Positions 19,359-29,523 of a stretch of DNA of 64,000 bases are shown piece by piece. Origin of the DNA: an uncultured delta proteobacterium (GTDB lineage: Bacteria > Desulfobacterota > Binatia > Binatales > Binataceae). The position numbers and the translations under genes were made by a program. Numbering within the stretch: position 1 is the stretch's first letter; each line of letters begins with the position of its first letter. The notes beneath the pieces are model-generated. The model did not search any database. It was not told where the DNA came from and saw nothing but the letters and a program-made list of their open reading frames with translations. The stretch spans positions 192,001-256,000 of the forward strand of contig CAVXXK010000001.1 in NCBI GenBank assembly GCA_963765675.1, written 5' to 3'.

Positions 19359-20109
19359 TCAGGGCGCTTCGAGTATCGCGCGAGCCTCGTCAGTATAGCG
19401 ACCCGCGCGATCGTGAAGCACGAGCGGCGACTCGACGATCACCTCGGCGCCTCCGCCCGCGCGCGCCTCGACCAGCACCGCCGACGCCGCGAGCTCGAGG
19501 CGCGGATGCACGAAGCGGATGCGCTTGGGCTCGAGATGATTCGAGCGCATCGTCGCGATAAGTTCCGCCGAGCGCGAGGCCGCGAACACGATCGCGACGC
19601 GGCCGCCGTTGCGCACGTAGCGCCGCGCCGCTTTGGCAAAATCCGCGATCGATGCGGCACCCTCTCCGCGCGCGATGCGGCGCGAGGCGTCGGGACTGTC
19701 GCGTCCGGTGCGGATCGCATGAAAGGGAGGATTGGCGACGACCAGGTCGAAGCTCGCGGGCGCGAGGCCGCGTGATTCGAGGACTGCGCAGGTCTGCGCA
19801 AATCACGCGCAGGTTCGAGAGACTGTTCAGCGCTGCGTTGCGCTCCGCGAGCGCCGCCATCGCGGGCTGAATTTCGAGCGCGGCGACCTGCTTGATGCCA
19901 GCAAGCTTCGCGAGCGTGATCGCAACGACGCCGCATCCCGCGCCGAGGTCGAGCACGCGGTCGCGCGGCTTCGCGGTTGCGAAGCGCGCAAGCAGAATCG
20001 ACTCGACGGAAAATCGGTAGCCACGCCGCGGTTGCGCCAGGCGAATTGCGCCGCCCAGGATTGCGTCCGTGGTTTCGCCGTCTGATACTTTCGCCGATAC
20101 TCTTGCCAT
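19359..20109 (-). CDS. tRNA1(Val) A37-N6 methyltransferase-like (YfiC/TrmN6), frameshift near 19771
   Basis: QPRRGYRFSVESILLA, LDLGAGCG; after the shift DLVVANPPF and LEPKRIRFVHP. Confidence 0.8.
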
Positions 20110-20311
20110 GACTGCCGCCGAAAAGGGTCAGCGCTACGCCCGCGCGTTTCGAAAAGCCGGAACCTTTCTCGGCAAGGGCAACATAGCGCGCGCCGTCGAG
20201 GCACTGAAGGAAGGCCGCGCGCTGGCCGAGAAGCTGGGCGACCCTCAGATGGCGCGGCGTTTCGCGGCCGAAATCGAGTCCGCCCGTTCGGGCGGTTCAT
20301 CCGCCAAATAG
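20108..20311 (+). CDS. Small hypothetical helical protein
   Basis: 67-aa ORF with host-like codon usage, TPR-like helical hairpin. Confidence 0.5.
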   Translation: MTAAEKGQRYARAFRKAGTFLGKGNIARAVEALKEGRALAEKLGDPQMARRFAAEIESARSGGSSAK

Positions 20312-20494
20312 GCGGATTTTCCGCGCAGCACCGGCACTGCATCTTGACGAACGCGACTTCGTACTTACCTTTCTGATCGTGAGAGGCGCGGTAAGCGGCA
20401 ACGTGAGTTCGGTCGGCTTGGAGTAACTTTCCCGCAGAGCCTCGCGCCCGAAAAATACATATTCCCGGCATCGATTGCCGGCAGGAGGTTTCGC

Positions 20495-20923
20495 ATGGAA
20501 GTCAGGATGACTAACGGATTTGCTCCCAATGGATTGCTGTTCGGCGGATGGAATCATCTGTTGAACGAGCTCGACCGCGGCGCCGAGCGTGGACTCTCGC
20601 CCCGCGCTGACGTGGTCGAAGACGCCGACGGCTATCATTTCCACTTCGAGATGCCCGGTCTCAAGGCTGATTCCGCCGATGTCAGGATCGAGGACGACAC
20701 GCTTATCGTCGAAGCGGAGCGCAAGAGCCCCGAGTGGTCCAAAGAGGCGACGGTTCGCGTCTCGGAGCGCGCATACGGTAAACTGCATCGTGCATTCGAG
20801 CTGCCCGACGACGCGGCGCACGAAGGAATCCGCGCCGCGTACAAGGACGGGGTCCTTTCGGTGACCGTTCCTAAACGTCCGGAGAGCAAACCGGTCAAGG
20901 TGAAAATCGAGTTCGAGAACTAA
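20495..20923 (+). CDS. Hsp20/alpha-crystallin small heat shock protein
   Basis: PRADVVED, EMPG, ERAYGKLHRAFELP, AAYKDGVLSVTVPK; GGAGG RBS. Confidence 0.93.
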   Translation: MEVRMTNGFAPNGLLFGGWNHLLNELDRGAERGLSPRADVVEDADGYHFHFEMPGLKADSADVRIEDDTLIVEAERKSPEWSKEATVRVSERAYGKLHRAFELPDDAAHEGIRAAYKDGVLSVTVPKRPESKPVKVKIEFEN

Positions 20924-21074
20924 TCACTCACGGCGGCGCGATGTCCGCGCCGCCGCGTACCGCGTCACTACATCGGCCGGCGCAGGCTGACTTAGCTTGC
21001 GCCGGCTGAGATCGACGCGCGAGCCGGCGAAGCCAGCACCACCGGGGCTGTCGCCCTCAAGGGAGCAGACGGGA

Positions 21075-21680
21075 ATGACCTCGGTGATAATCCTGCTAAT
21101 CATCCTCGCGATCGTCGGATGGATCGCGTCGGCGTACAACTCGCTGGTGAGCCTGCGTAACCAGGTCGATAACGCGTGGCGGCAGATCGATGTGCAGCTC
21201 AAGCGCCGGCACGATTTGATCCCCAACCTGGTCGAAGCGGTGAAGGGCTACATGCAGTTCGAGCGCGGCACCCTGACCCAGGTGGTCGAGGCGCGAGCCA
21301 AGGCGGTCAGCGCGCCGGACCAGTCATCGCGGATGGCGGCGGAAACGCAGCTCACTACCGGGCTCGGCAAACTGCTCGCGGTGATGGAAAATTATCCGCA
21401 GCTCAAGGCCGACGAGAATGTGCTCAAGCTCCAGGAGGAGTTGACCACCACGGAAAATCAGATCTCGTTCGCGCGCCAGGCGTACAACGACGTCGTGCTG
21501 AGGCTCAACACGCGGGTCGAAACTTTTCCCTCGAACCTGATCGCCAATAATTTCGGATTCCACGCCGCCGAATATTTCAAAGGCGCTCCCGAGGATCAGG
21601 CGGTGCCGAAAGTCGATCTGTCGATGAGCAGCCCGAGCGCGCCGAGCACTCCGGGCGCACCAAGCGCGCCAAGCGCCTGA
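21075..21680 (+). CDS. lemA: LemA family protein
   Basis: N-terminal TM, YNSLV, QIDVQLKRRHDLIPNLV, YPQLKA, ENQISFARQAYN. Confidence 0.95.
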   Translation: MTSVIILLIILAIVGWIASAYNSLVSLRNQVDNAWRQIDVQLKRRHDLIPNLVEAVKGYMQFERGTLTQVVEARAKAVSAPDQSSRMAAETQLTTGLGKLLAVMENYPQLKADENVLKLQEELTTTENQISFARQAYNDVVLRLNTRVETFPSNLIANNFGFHAAEYFKGAPEDQAVPKVDLSMSSPSAPSTPGAPSAPSA

Positions 21681-21713
21681 CGATCCGGCGTTCGGAATAA
21701 CGGATCGTCCACG

Positions 21714-22727
21714 ATGGCGCCGGCCTCAACTGACTTTCGCGCGCTCGAAACCACGAATCGCCGCGAGACGGCGATCCTCGTGATCGTGATTATGGGGCTG
21801 CTCGTCGTGCTCGGCTTCGGGCTCGACGTGTGGGCGGGCAGCATCGCGATCGTCAACGGCCAGATTGTCGGATTCCCGGTGCTGACGGTCGCGGCGCTCG
21901 TATTCGGCGCGGTCGAGGCGCTCACTTCATACTACGGCGGCGCCTCGCTGGTGCTGATGTCGGTGCATGCGCGTCCGCTCGCGCCCGACTCGATCGAGCA
22001 TAAGACTGTGCTCGACGTAATCAGCGAGATGGCGATCGCGTCGCGATTGCCGGTGCCCGCCGCCTACGTGATCGACGATCCTTCTCCAAATGCCTTCGCG
22101 ACCGGGCGCGACCCGCATCACTCAGTGCTCTGCGTCACGCAGGGATTGATCGACCAGATGGATCGCGAGGAGCTGCAGGGCGTGATCGGGCACGAGATGT
22201 CGCATATCGCCGATTACGACATCCGCACGATGACGATGGTCGCGGTGATGGTCGGGGGAATCGCGATGCTGAGCGATTTCATGTTCCGCATCATGTTCTT
22301 CACCGGTGGTCGCGGCGGCCGCGGCTCGCGCGGAAATTCAGACGGCAACGGCGGCGGCGGCGGTGCGCTGATTGCCGTCGCGGTGATCGTGCTCGCCGCG
22401 GTCGCGCCGATCATCTCGCAACTGGTCGCGATGGCGGTGTCGCGGCAGCGCGAATATCTTGCCGACGCGTCTTCGGTCGAGTTCACGCGCAATCCGCACG
22501 CGCTGCTGCGCGCGCTCGAGAAGATCGCGCAGGTCGAGTCGCCGCTCAAAGAGGGCACGGCGGGCACTGCGCATCTGTTTATCGTCAACCCGCGCGAGGG
22601 ATTGAGAGACGACGACGAGGGCTTCTTCGACAACCTGCTCTCGACGCATCCTCCCCTCGCCAAGCGAATCGAGCGCCTGCGCGCCATGGCCGGCGCCAGC
22701 GCGGCAGAAGTAGAAGGTCAGCGATAA
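21714..22727 (+). CDS. htpX: M48 family zinc metalloprotease (HtpX-like)
   Basis: PNAFATG, HEMSH, SRQREYLAD, STHPP; follows lemA. Confidence 0.9.
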   Translation: MAPASTDFRALETTNRRETAILVIVIMGLLVVLGFGLDVWAGSIAIVNGQIVGFPVLTVAALVFGAVEALTSYYGGASLVLMSVHARPLAPDSIEHKTVLDVISEMAIASRLPVPAAYVIDDPSPNAFATGRDPHHSVLCVTQGLIDQMDREELQGVIGHEMSHIADYDIRTMTMVAVMVGGIAMLSDFMFRIMFFTGGRGGRGSRGNSDGNGGGGGALIAVAVIVLAAVAPIISQLVAMAVSRQREYLADASSVEFTRNPHALLRALEKIAQVESPLKEGTAGTAHLFIVNPREGLRDDDEGFFDNLLSTHPPLAKRIERLRAMAGASAAEVEGQR

Positions 22728-23303
22728 GCCCGTAGAACCATGGAACGGGCAAGGGCGGGAATGCGGCCCGCGTAGCGGAATTGTACATCTCGGAACCCAG
22801 CCTCGCGGAGCAGTGCTTCGAGGCTCCGGGGTGAGAAGAACTTGATATGACCGCCCTCCTGACTGACCGAGAAATGAAAATCCCATCCGTTAAAAATCGA
22901 GATGGCGAGGTTCTTCAAGTAGCCATGATATGGCGTCGTGAGTATCGCGACACCGCCCGGCGCGAAGGCTCCGATAGATATTGGCGATGAATCGGCGCGG
23001 TTCGTAGAGGTGTTCGATCACCTCAGAGGAAACGACAATATCGAACTGCTCTCCTAAATCCTCGTAGACGGATCCTTGTCTGAAGCGAACCTTGGGAAAG
23101 GCGTTTTGGGCCACCGCTATACCCGAAGCGGAAATATCGATCCCAATAACCTCGTGTCCCATGGCGGCGATTTGGGCGGCTATCCAGCCGCTACCCGACC
23201 CGAGATCAGCCGCGCGCCCCGGCGGAACCCGCTCGAGGAACGCGCGGATGTGCGGCCATAGGTAGAGGTGATGCGCCTGGGCGTCGGCGTTTCGCCACTC
23301 CAT
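22718..23303 (-). CDS. Class I SAM-dependent methyltransferase (frameshift near 22964)
   Basis: DLGSGSG, GIDIS, EVIEHLY; after the shift TTPYHGYLKNL and GGHIKFFS. Confidence 0.8.
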
Positions 23304-23421
23304 CGCGACAGCTTCGTCGTGCACAGCGCGACGATCGCAGCGACGGATGAAACAAGTCAAGCCAAGTCAAGCGAGGAGCATGCGCGTTGCGCGGCGGACC
23401 GGCTCAAGTTAATTTCGCGCG

Positions 23422-24300
23422 ATGCGCCCCGATCACCATCTCGAGACAATCCTGAACCGAGTCACCGCGAGGCTCGCGCGCGTAGGCGGAATCGAAGCAA
23501 TCGTGCTCGGAGGATCGCGGGCGCGCGGAACTGCGGATGCGCATTCGGATATCGATCTCGGGCTGTACTATGATTCGCGGCGGCCGTTCCGGATCGCGGA
23601 GCTCGATCGCGCGGCGCGCTCGCTCGACGATCGCGGCGCGTCCGGACTAGTGACTGCGCTGGGTGCGTGGGGACCGGGAGTCAACGGCGGCGGATGGCTG
23701 CGGATCGACGGCTATCATGTGGACTTTCTCTATCGCGATCTCGTCGCCGTGCGCACCGCGATCGGCGAATGCCGCGCCGGCGATCCGAAGACCATCTATC
23801 AGCTCGGGCATCCGTACGGGTTTCACAACCAGATCTATGCGGGCGAGATTAACTGTTGCCGAATACTTTTCGATCGCGGCGGGAAGATTGCGCGGCTTAA
23901 GCGGATGGTCGCGCGCTATCCGGAAAAGCTGCGTCACGCGATCGCGCGAAAGCATCTGTTCGATGCCGCCTTCGAGCTCGCGATCACGGACAAGCCCGCG
24001 CTGCGCGGCGACGTGATGTATGTGGCCGGATGCCTGTTCCGCGCGGCGAGCTTCATGACGCTCGTAGCGTACGCGATGAATCGGCGATGGCTGATCAACG
24101 AGAAGGGTGCGCTCAGAGGATTTCGCACGATGCGGCTTCTGCCGCGCGCGGCCGAAGTTACGATCGCGCGCGTTCTGGCGAATCCTGGCCGCACGCCGAA
24201 GGAGCTCGCTCGCAGCGCCCGCGCGATGAAATCGCTATGCGGGCGATTTCGGACGCTCGCGGCGCGCGAAGGAATCGCGCTTATCGATTCCGGCTCTTGA
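23422..24300 (+). CDS. Nucleotidyltransferase domain protein (DUF4037-like)
   Basis: LGGSRARGTADAHSDIDLGLYY, WGPGVNGGGWL, VDFLYRD, INEKG. Confidence 0.85.
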   Translation: MRPDHHLETILNRVTARLARVGGIEAIVLGGSRARGTADAHSDIDLGLYYDSRRPFRIAELDRAARSLDDRGASGLVTALGAWGPGVNGGGWLRIDGYHVDFLYRDLVAVRTAIGECRAGDPKTIYQLGHPYGFHNQIYAGEINCCRILFDRGGKIARLKRMVARYPEKLRHAIARKHLFDAAFELAITDKPALRGDVMYVAGCLFRAASFMTLVAYAMNRRWLINEKGALRGFRTMRLLPRAAEVTIARVLANPGRTPKELARSARAMKSLCGRFRTLAAREGIALIDSGS

Positions 24301-24766
24301 GCGCGCGCTGGATTTCGCGCTGCGAGGTTTTGCGCGCGATCGCGTCGCGCTTGTCGTACGCATGCTTGCCCTTGGCAAGCGCGATCTCGACTTTCGCGCG
24401 GCCGTCTTTGAAATAGATCTTGAGCGGCACGATCGAGTAGCCCTTCTCGCGCACGCGGCCCCATAGCCGGTTGATCTCGCGGCGATGCAGCAGCAATTTT
24501 CTCGAGCGCGTTTCCACGTGGCTGAACTGTCCGGCCGGCGCATACGCGCCGATATGCACGCCGCTCAGAAACGCCTCGCCGTTCTTGACCCGGATATAGC
24601 TGTCGCGAAGATTCGCCTTGTGCGCGCGCAGCGATTTGACCTCCGTGCCGGTCAGGATCATCCCGGCTTCGACCGCGTCTTCAATAAAGAAGTCATGGCG
24701 AGCCTTGCGGTTCTCAACCACGAGCTCGATTGCGCCGGTCTTAGGCTTTCCGTTTTCGTGCGCCAT
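24281..24766 (-). CDS. smpB: SsrA-binding protein
   Basis: NRKARHDF, EAGMILTGTEVKSLR, RKLLLHRREI, GKHAYDKR. Confidence 0.97.
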   Translation of the reverse strand: MAHENGKPKTGAIELVVENRKARHDFFIEDAVEAGMILTGTEVKSLRAHKANLRDSYIRVKNGEAFLSGVHIGAYAPAGQFSHVETRSRKLLLHRREINRLWGRVREKGYSIVPLKIYFKDGRAKVEIALAKGKHAYDKRDAIARKTSQREIQRALKSRNR

Positions 24767-24862
24767 CGCGCGTGAAAGTCTATCCGCGCCCGCGCTCCGA
24801 TATAAGGGGCGGTCGATAAATTGCGAGTTCTTGTCCGTCATCCTGCCACGAAAGTGCCAAGA

Positions 24863-25090
24863 CGGGTGCGTCGCGACGCGCCCCCTACGAAGTCAGGAGC
24901 GCTTGTCATTCCCGCGCGTGGCTGCCGCGCGAGGAATCCCGGACGAAGCGCTCGGCTACTGAGACTCTCGATTTTCTCGCAAACCCTGAGGGGCCGATGA
25001 GCATCGTATTCTCAGCGCCAGGCCCCGCCTGTCATTTCGAGCGCTGCGCGAGAAATCCCGAAACGGCCATGCTCGACGCCAACACTACAT
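24863..25090. repeat. Cluster 3 of REP-like palindromes (GTAG-type 24863-24888 rev; CGTC-type 24905-24941 and 25031-25060 fwd)
   Basis: Exact copies of units in clusters 1 and 2; 25031-25090 also resembles the downstream flank of 17736. Confidence 0.85.
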
Positions 25091-25206
25091 GCACAGACGT
25101 GCCGCGATTCGGGAAGTGGTTGCGAGCGATCGGTATCAGCCTTACACTTAAGACAGTAACCGTACCGACTGGCCTTGCTCACGGTCATTCGCCAATTTAT
25201 CCCGAT

Positions 25207-25563
25207 GGGGGCGAACAGGATTCGACGGAGTCACAAGGGCCATGGTCGCACGCCGGGCACCGCTGGCCCGTAAAACAAGCGGACTGCGAAATTTACCCGC
25301 AGACAATAACGGTTACGCTCTGGCGGCCTAAGGGCCGCTAGCGTCCCGCCGCTGCTCGCCCATGGCAGCGGGTCGGGGCGTCATTTAGTGGGCTAGGACG
25401 CCGCCGTACGCCGGTTGGACGGTTGCCCGAAACTTCAAGCGGCTGGTCTTAAGGAAGCCCGTCCGCGGGCGTCCTTGAGACGAGATTAAATCGCGGACTA
25501 AGCGTGTAGTGGCCGTCGCTGGAGTGTCTTCGGACGGGGGTTCAATTCCCCCCGCCTCCACCA
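25207..25563 (+). ncRNA. ssrA: tmRNA (tag peptide ADNNGYALAA*, 25299-25331)
   Basis: 5' GGGGGCGAACAGGATTCGAC, 3' GGTTCAATTCCCCCCGCCTCCACCA, tag ORF ending YALAA; divergent from smpB. Confidence 0.97.
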
Positions 25564-25669
25564 TCTCGAAATCCGGCCTCACCGCGTGCAGAAAGCTTAT
25601 GCCAGACATCGGTTTCTGCATTTCCCTTTTCCATTTCCGTCCAACCAAATCCTTTGACAGTTACCCCGA

Positions 25670-25920
25670 AATACGGGTAATTTCGGCCCCTCGGCACTTA
25701 TACCGCTACCAGCCTCAAGCCCACGAGAAACGTGACGCGGCGCGCGAGCTGACGAGGCAGGGATCAATCCTTCCGCCCATCGTAAAATCGAAAAGGCGAA
25801 GCGCGGGGCCGATACGTTCGAGGGTGTGGCGCGCAAATGGTTGGAGAAATTTGGTGCCCGGGCGGCATCTCAGACCGAGAACAGTAGTGCGCCGTCTTGA
25901 GGGGCATTTTCCCATGATCC
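25670..25920 (+). pseudogene. Degenerate P4-like (IntA-type) tyrosine integrase, arm-binding/N-terminal fragment
   Basis: Frame-hopping translation gives LGTYTATSLK / AHEKRDAARELTRQG / INPSAHRKIEK..TFEGVARKWLEK / VVRRLEGHFP, immediately 3' of ssrA. Confidence 0.75.
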
Positions 25921-25938
25921 TCTCTCACCCTCAAATCC

Positions 25939-26814
25939 TTGTCGATGACGAGCACTCGTAACCGTGCGATCGCCGCGGCGATGGGCGCTGCTGCGGCGCT
26001 TGGCCTGACCGTCGATGATGCGATCGTGCTCCAGGAGTCGAACAAGCTCGCTGTGCGCCTGCTGCCGTGCGACGTTCTTGCTCGGGTCGCGGAGGAGCGT
26101 ATCAAGCGCTGGGCGGAGTTCGAAGTCGAGCTTGCTTTACGGCTCGCGGAAACCGGGAGCCCTGTAGCAGCGCTTGAGCCTCGGGTCGCGCCGGGCGTCT
26201 ACGCGCGTGACGGCTTTGTGGTCACACTGTGGACCTACCACGAACCTGTGCCGTCCCGAGAGTTCGCGCCAGGCGACTACGCGCACGCGCTCGAACGGCT
26301 GCATGACTGCATGCGGCAGATCGACTTCCCTACACCGCACTTCACGGATCGAATCACCGACGCCCAACTGCTTATCGGAAACCGCGACCAGACTCCAGAG
26401 CTCGGTGACGCGGACCGTGAGCTTCTCGGCAACACGTTACGAAGTCTGCGGCAGGCGATCATCGCCCGCGGGCGCCCCGAACAGCTCCTGCACGGCGAGC
26501 CACACCCGGGCAACGTGCTCAGGACGAAGAAGGGCCTGCTGTTCATAGACCTCGAGACCTGTTGCCGCGGGCCGGTCGAGTTCGATCTCGCCTACGTGCC
26601 CGAAGAGGTGAGCGTGCTCTACCGGAGTACCGATCAACAACTGCTCCGCGAATGCCGGGTCCTGATGCTCGCGATGGTCGCAGCATGGCGCTGGGATCGA
26701 AACGACCAATTCCCCAACGGGCGACAAGCAGCGCGAGAATTCGTCAGCGAGCTCCGGGCGGCACTGTCGGGGGCACCCTTCTCGACGCATTTGCCGCGCT
26801 GGACTGACACCTGA
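25939..26814 (+). CDS. Aminoglycoside phosphotransferase-like kinase
   Basis: LLHGEPHPGN, FIDLETCCRGPVEFDLA. Confidence 0.85.
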   Translation: MSMTSTRNRAIAAAMGAAAALGLTVDDAIVLQESNKLAVRLLPCDVLARVAEERIKRWAEFEVELALRLAETGSPVAALEPRVAPGVYARDGFVVTLWTYHEPVPSREFAPGDYAHALERLHDCMRQIDFPTPHFTDRITDAQLLIGNRDQTPELGDADRELLGNTLRSLRQAIIARGRPEQLLHGEPHPGNVLRTKKGLLFIDLETCCRGPVEFDLAYVPEEVSVLYRSTDQQLLRECRVLMLAMVAAWRWDRNDQFPNGRQAAREFVSELRAALSGAPFSTHLPRWTDT

Positions 26815-26834
26815 GTCGCGGTCGGAGGGTTCTT

Positions 26835-27731
26835 TCAGGTTTCGAGATCACGTGCCCGTTCGAGATCAGAAATCAAACCAGGTTGAACTGGCCGCCATCC
26901 CAGGCTAGCCTGCGTTTTCGCACTCGAAACCGGCAAATCAATTCCCATGAACGGCCCGAGCCATCCGAAGTGATCGAACGCTTCCGCCGGTGACTTTGAT
27001 ACCACCGGGATATTCAATCGGCGGCCGATCACCTCGGCGATTTCTTTAAGCGGCACGCCTTCTTCAGCGACTGCATGATAGCGGGCGCCGGGGGCGTTCT
27101 TTTCAAGCACGAGCGAGTAGAGACGGGCGGCGTCGAGGCGATGGACCGCGGGCCATCGGTTGATGCCCTCGCCGACGAACGCGGACACGCCCTTTTCATG
27201 AGCGAGCGTGATCAACTGCGAAACCAGTCCAAGCTTGTCACGATCGTGGACCGACGGCGGAAGGCGCACGACGGATGCGCGCACGCCGCGTGCGGCGACA
27301 GCAGCGGCCGCCTCCTCCGACGCGCTGCGCGGAACGCCGGCGGAGCTGGGAACCGGCGCGTCATCCTCGGTGCCGCTGCGCCCCGGCGTGAGCATCGCGG
27401 TTCCCGAGGTGACGATCAGCGGGCGATTGGAGCCGGCGAGCACGCCGCCGATCGCCTCGATCGCATGCCGATCGATCTCGCAGTTCTCCACGTACTTCGA
27501 GAAGTCGTGGATAAAAGCCAGGTGAATCACACCGTCGGCCATCGACGCTCCACTGCGCAGGCTCTCGAGGTCTTCGAGATCGCCGCGATGGGCGCGCGCG
27601 CCTGCCGCGGCAATCGACGCGGCGGACGCCTCCGACCGGGCCAGACCAAGCACCTGATGGCCCGCGTCAATCAGCTCACGAACGATGGGAGTGCCGATAA
27701 AACCTGAAGCACCTGTGACGAATACACGCAT
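26835..27731 (-). CDS. NAD-dependent epimerase/dehydratase (atypical SDR)
   Basis: VFVTGASGFIG, HLAFIHDF, WPAVHRLDAA; GGAG RBS. Confidence 0.9.
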   Translation of the reverse strand: MRVFVTGASGFIGTPIVRELIDAGHQVLGLARSEASAASIAAAGARAHRGDLEDLESLRSGASMADGVIHLAFIHDFSKYVENCEIDRHAIEAIGGVLAGSNRPLIVTSGTAMLTPGRSGTEDDAPVPSSAGVPRSASEEAAAAVAARGVRASVVRLPPSVHDRDKLGLVSQLITLAHEKGVSAFVGEGINRWPAVHRLDAARLYSLVLEKNAPGARYHAVAEEGVPLKEIAEVIGRRLNIPVVSKSPAEAFDHFGWLGPFMGIDLPVSSAKTQASLGWRPVQPGLISDLERARDLET

Positions 27732-27819
27732 CGCGGTTTCTCCTTTAACTCATTTCTCCCGGTCGCGGTCCCGCAGACCTCAACATAGTGATTGAGTGAT
27801 TGAGCGAGTGCGATCCATT

Positions 27820-28045
27820 GGCCGGGGACAGGCTGACGAATTCGCGCGATTCGATTTCAGAGATCGCTTGGTCGCTCGGCTACAAATCCGAGAGCGCCTT
27901 CAGCACAGCCTTCAAAAGGGCGATGGGCTGTTCGCCGCGCCAATACAGCCGCGGGCGGCAACCAGCACCACCAGCGTTGCCATCTGATAGCGCCGGCGAA
28001 CTCGCTCACACCGGCCGGCCCGACCCGGCGCAGGTTTCTTCTTAG
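27820..28045 (+). pseudogene. C-terminal fragment of an AraC family regulator
   Basis: ISEIAWSLGYKSESAFSTAFKRAMGCSPRQY (second HTH only); divergent from the SDR gene. Confidence 0.75.
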
Positions 28046-29319
28046 AAGAAGACAAACGCCCGGACCACGACGTTCCTACGGCAGGGAGCGTCGGCGGGCG
28101 CGGTCGGGTCGACGCAGGCGCTGTGGAAAGACCAGCGCGACACGGAACCGTCGGTGACTGAGTCGTAGCACTTGAGCATCGAGACCTCGGTCGGCTTCTG
28201 CTGGGGAAACCAGTACCACTCGTGATCGGGACGGTAGGTGTAGCGGGTGGTCTCGCCGACGCGGTCGTCGTAGATGCGGTAGTTGGTGATGTACGGCTGG
28301 CGGGCGAAAGAGGGCCAGGCGCAGAGCACGAATGGGTTCTGGCGTATGGTCTCCATCGGCTTGGCCAGGTTGATCGACATGAACCGCCGCGACATCTTGG
28401 CGTCGGCCTGCGCGGCCGTGTAGTGCTGCTCGCGCCCGAAGTTCCGCAGGTTCTTCGTAAGCAGCTCGCGGCAGCGCACGCGCCCGCTGTTGTCGTTCAG
28501 GTCGTTGTGCACGATGTAAGCGTAGTTGGCGTTCACACCGGGGTTCTTGTTGGCCTGATCTTCGGTGCGGTCGCCCTTGTAGTCCTTGTCAAACACGTCG
28601 TGGTTATACACGAGCGCGTCCGTCGCGTCCGGGAAAAACTCCAGCAGGAGCTTCTCCATCTCGAGGTAGAACACGCGCTCGACTTCCGCGGCGTCGTAAA
28701 AGTTCTTGCACCTGGACTCGCAATGCGCGAGCGCAACGCCAAGCTTGTCCATGCATTCGGCGCTGCTGGGCGAGAGGCCCGGGTAGTACTCCTCCATTCG
28801 GCGCGCGTCGCGCAGGACGTGCGGAAAATAGAGGCATCGGCGCGCGACATCGTGCTCTTCCTTGCGCAACGCTTTGGCCTCGGCGGCGCGCGCCGGGTCG
28901 CGCCAGAGCGCGTTGGACGAGACGATCGAGTAGGACGGCTGCTCGTACACGCTGTAGCGCAGCGGAAGCGCTACGCCGCCCTCAGGGGCTTCGATCTTGT
29001 TCGCTCGAATATATTCCAGGCACTCTGAGTAGCTACGAAACCCGGCGCCCCACTTGGTCTCGATCGGCCCGGGAGGAGCGTGGTCGAGCCAGTCGGTGAC
29101 CTCCTGCCCTTGCCCCCCGGCAAGCTGGCGCAGCGCCGCCGCCGTCGCAGCAGCCGTTCCCGCATCGCCGTCTCGATCGAACGACATGTAGGATAAGCCG
29201 CCGTTCGCGGCGATCGGTGGTGGCTGCCCTTTCGTGAGTTGAAGGGGAGGCACATAGACGGCCGAACCATTCGGCGTAGCACCCGCAGTGTGATTCTCGG
29301 TGGAATTGAGCCGGTCCAT
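28042..29319 (-). CDS. CmcJ/NvfI (AsaB-like) family oxidoreductase with N-terminal extension
   Basis: VHND, INLAKP, NPFVLC, HEWYWFP, LKCYDS, FHSA, RRNVVVRAFVFF. Confidence 0.7.
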   Translation of the reverse strand: MDRLNSTENHTAGATPNGSAVYVPPLQLTKGQPPPIAANGGLSYMSFDRDGDAGTAAATAAALRQLAGGQGQEVTDWLDHAPPGPIETKWGAGFRSYSECLEYIRANKIEAPEGGVALPLRYSVYEQPSYSIVSSNALWRDPARAAEAKALRKEEHDVARRCLYFPHVLRDARRMEEYYPGLSPSSAECMDKLGVALAHCESRCKNFYDAAEVERVFYLEMEKLLLEFFPDATDALVYNHDVFDKDYKGDRTEDQANKNPGVNANYAYIVHNDLNDNSGRVRCRELLTKNLRNFGREQHYTAAQADAKMSRRFMSINLAKPMETIRQNPFVLCAWPSFARQPYITNYRIYDDRVGETTRYTYRPDHEWYWFPQQKPTEVSMLKCYDSVTDGSVSRWSFHSACVDPTAPADAPCRRNVVVRAFVFF

Positions 29320-29523
29320 AGCATGCTCCCTGGTTAAAAATACCCAGTCGTAGCGGACAGGGCTTGTAGTTCTTAGCGTCTATCATACACTGAGCGATGG
29401 GGCGAGGATTTCGTCCTGCCCCCGTTTTCTCTCCGGCCTCGAGCGGTGCTCGACGCGCTCGTCAACGATCGTAGGCGGCCTATTTTAGAACCGGCACTCT
29501 GGCGCGATGATGAGGAATCAACC

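Noticed and set aside
18695-23303. Frameshifted DJ-1 and methyltransferase genes as programmed recoding or true pseudogenes
   Set aside because: No slippery or SD signals and no other decay; sequencing error is more parsimonious
23422-24300. Nucleotidyltransferase as a CBASS cyclase or MNT-HEPN toxin-antitoxin component
   Set aside because: It matches the stand-alone DUF4037-like type; no effector or HEPN partner is adjacent
1501-25090. Repeated ~30-38-nt palindromes as a CRISPR array
   Set aside because: Copies are dispersed, in mixed orientation, with no regular spacers and no cas genes; they fit REP elements
24997-25961. ORFs 24997..25341 and 25509..25961
   Set aside because: They overlap REP units and the tmRNA; only part of the second reflects the integrase remnant
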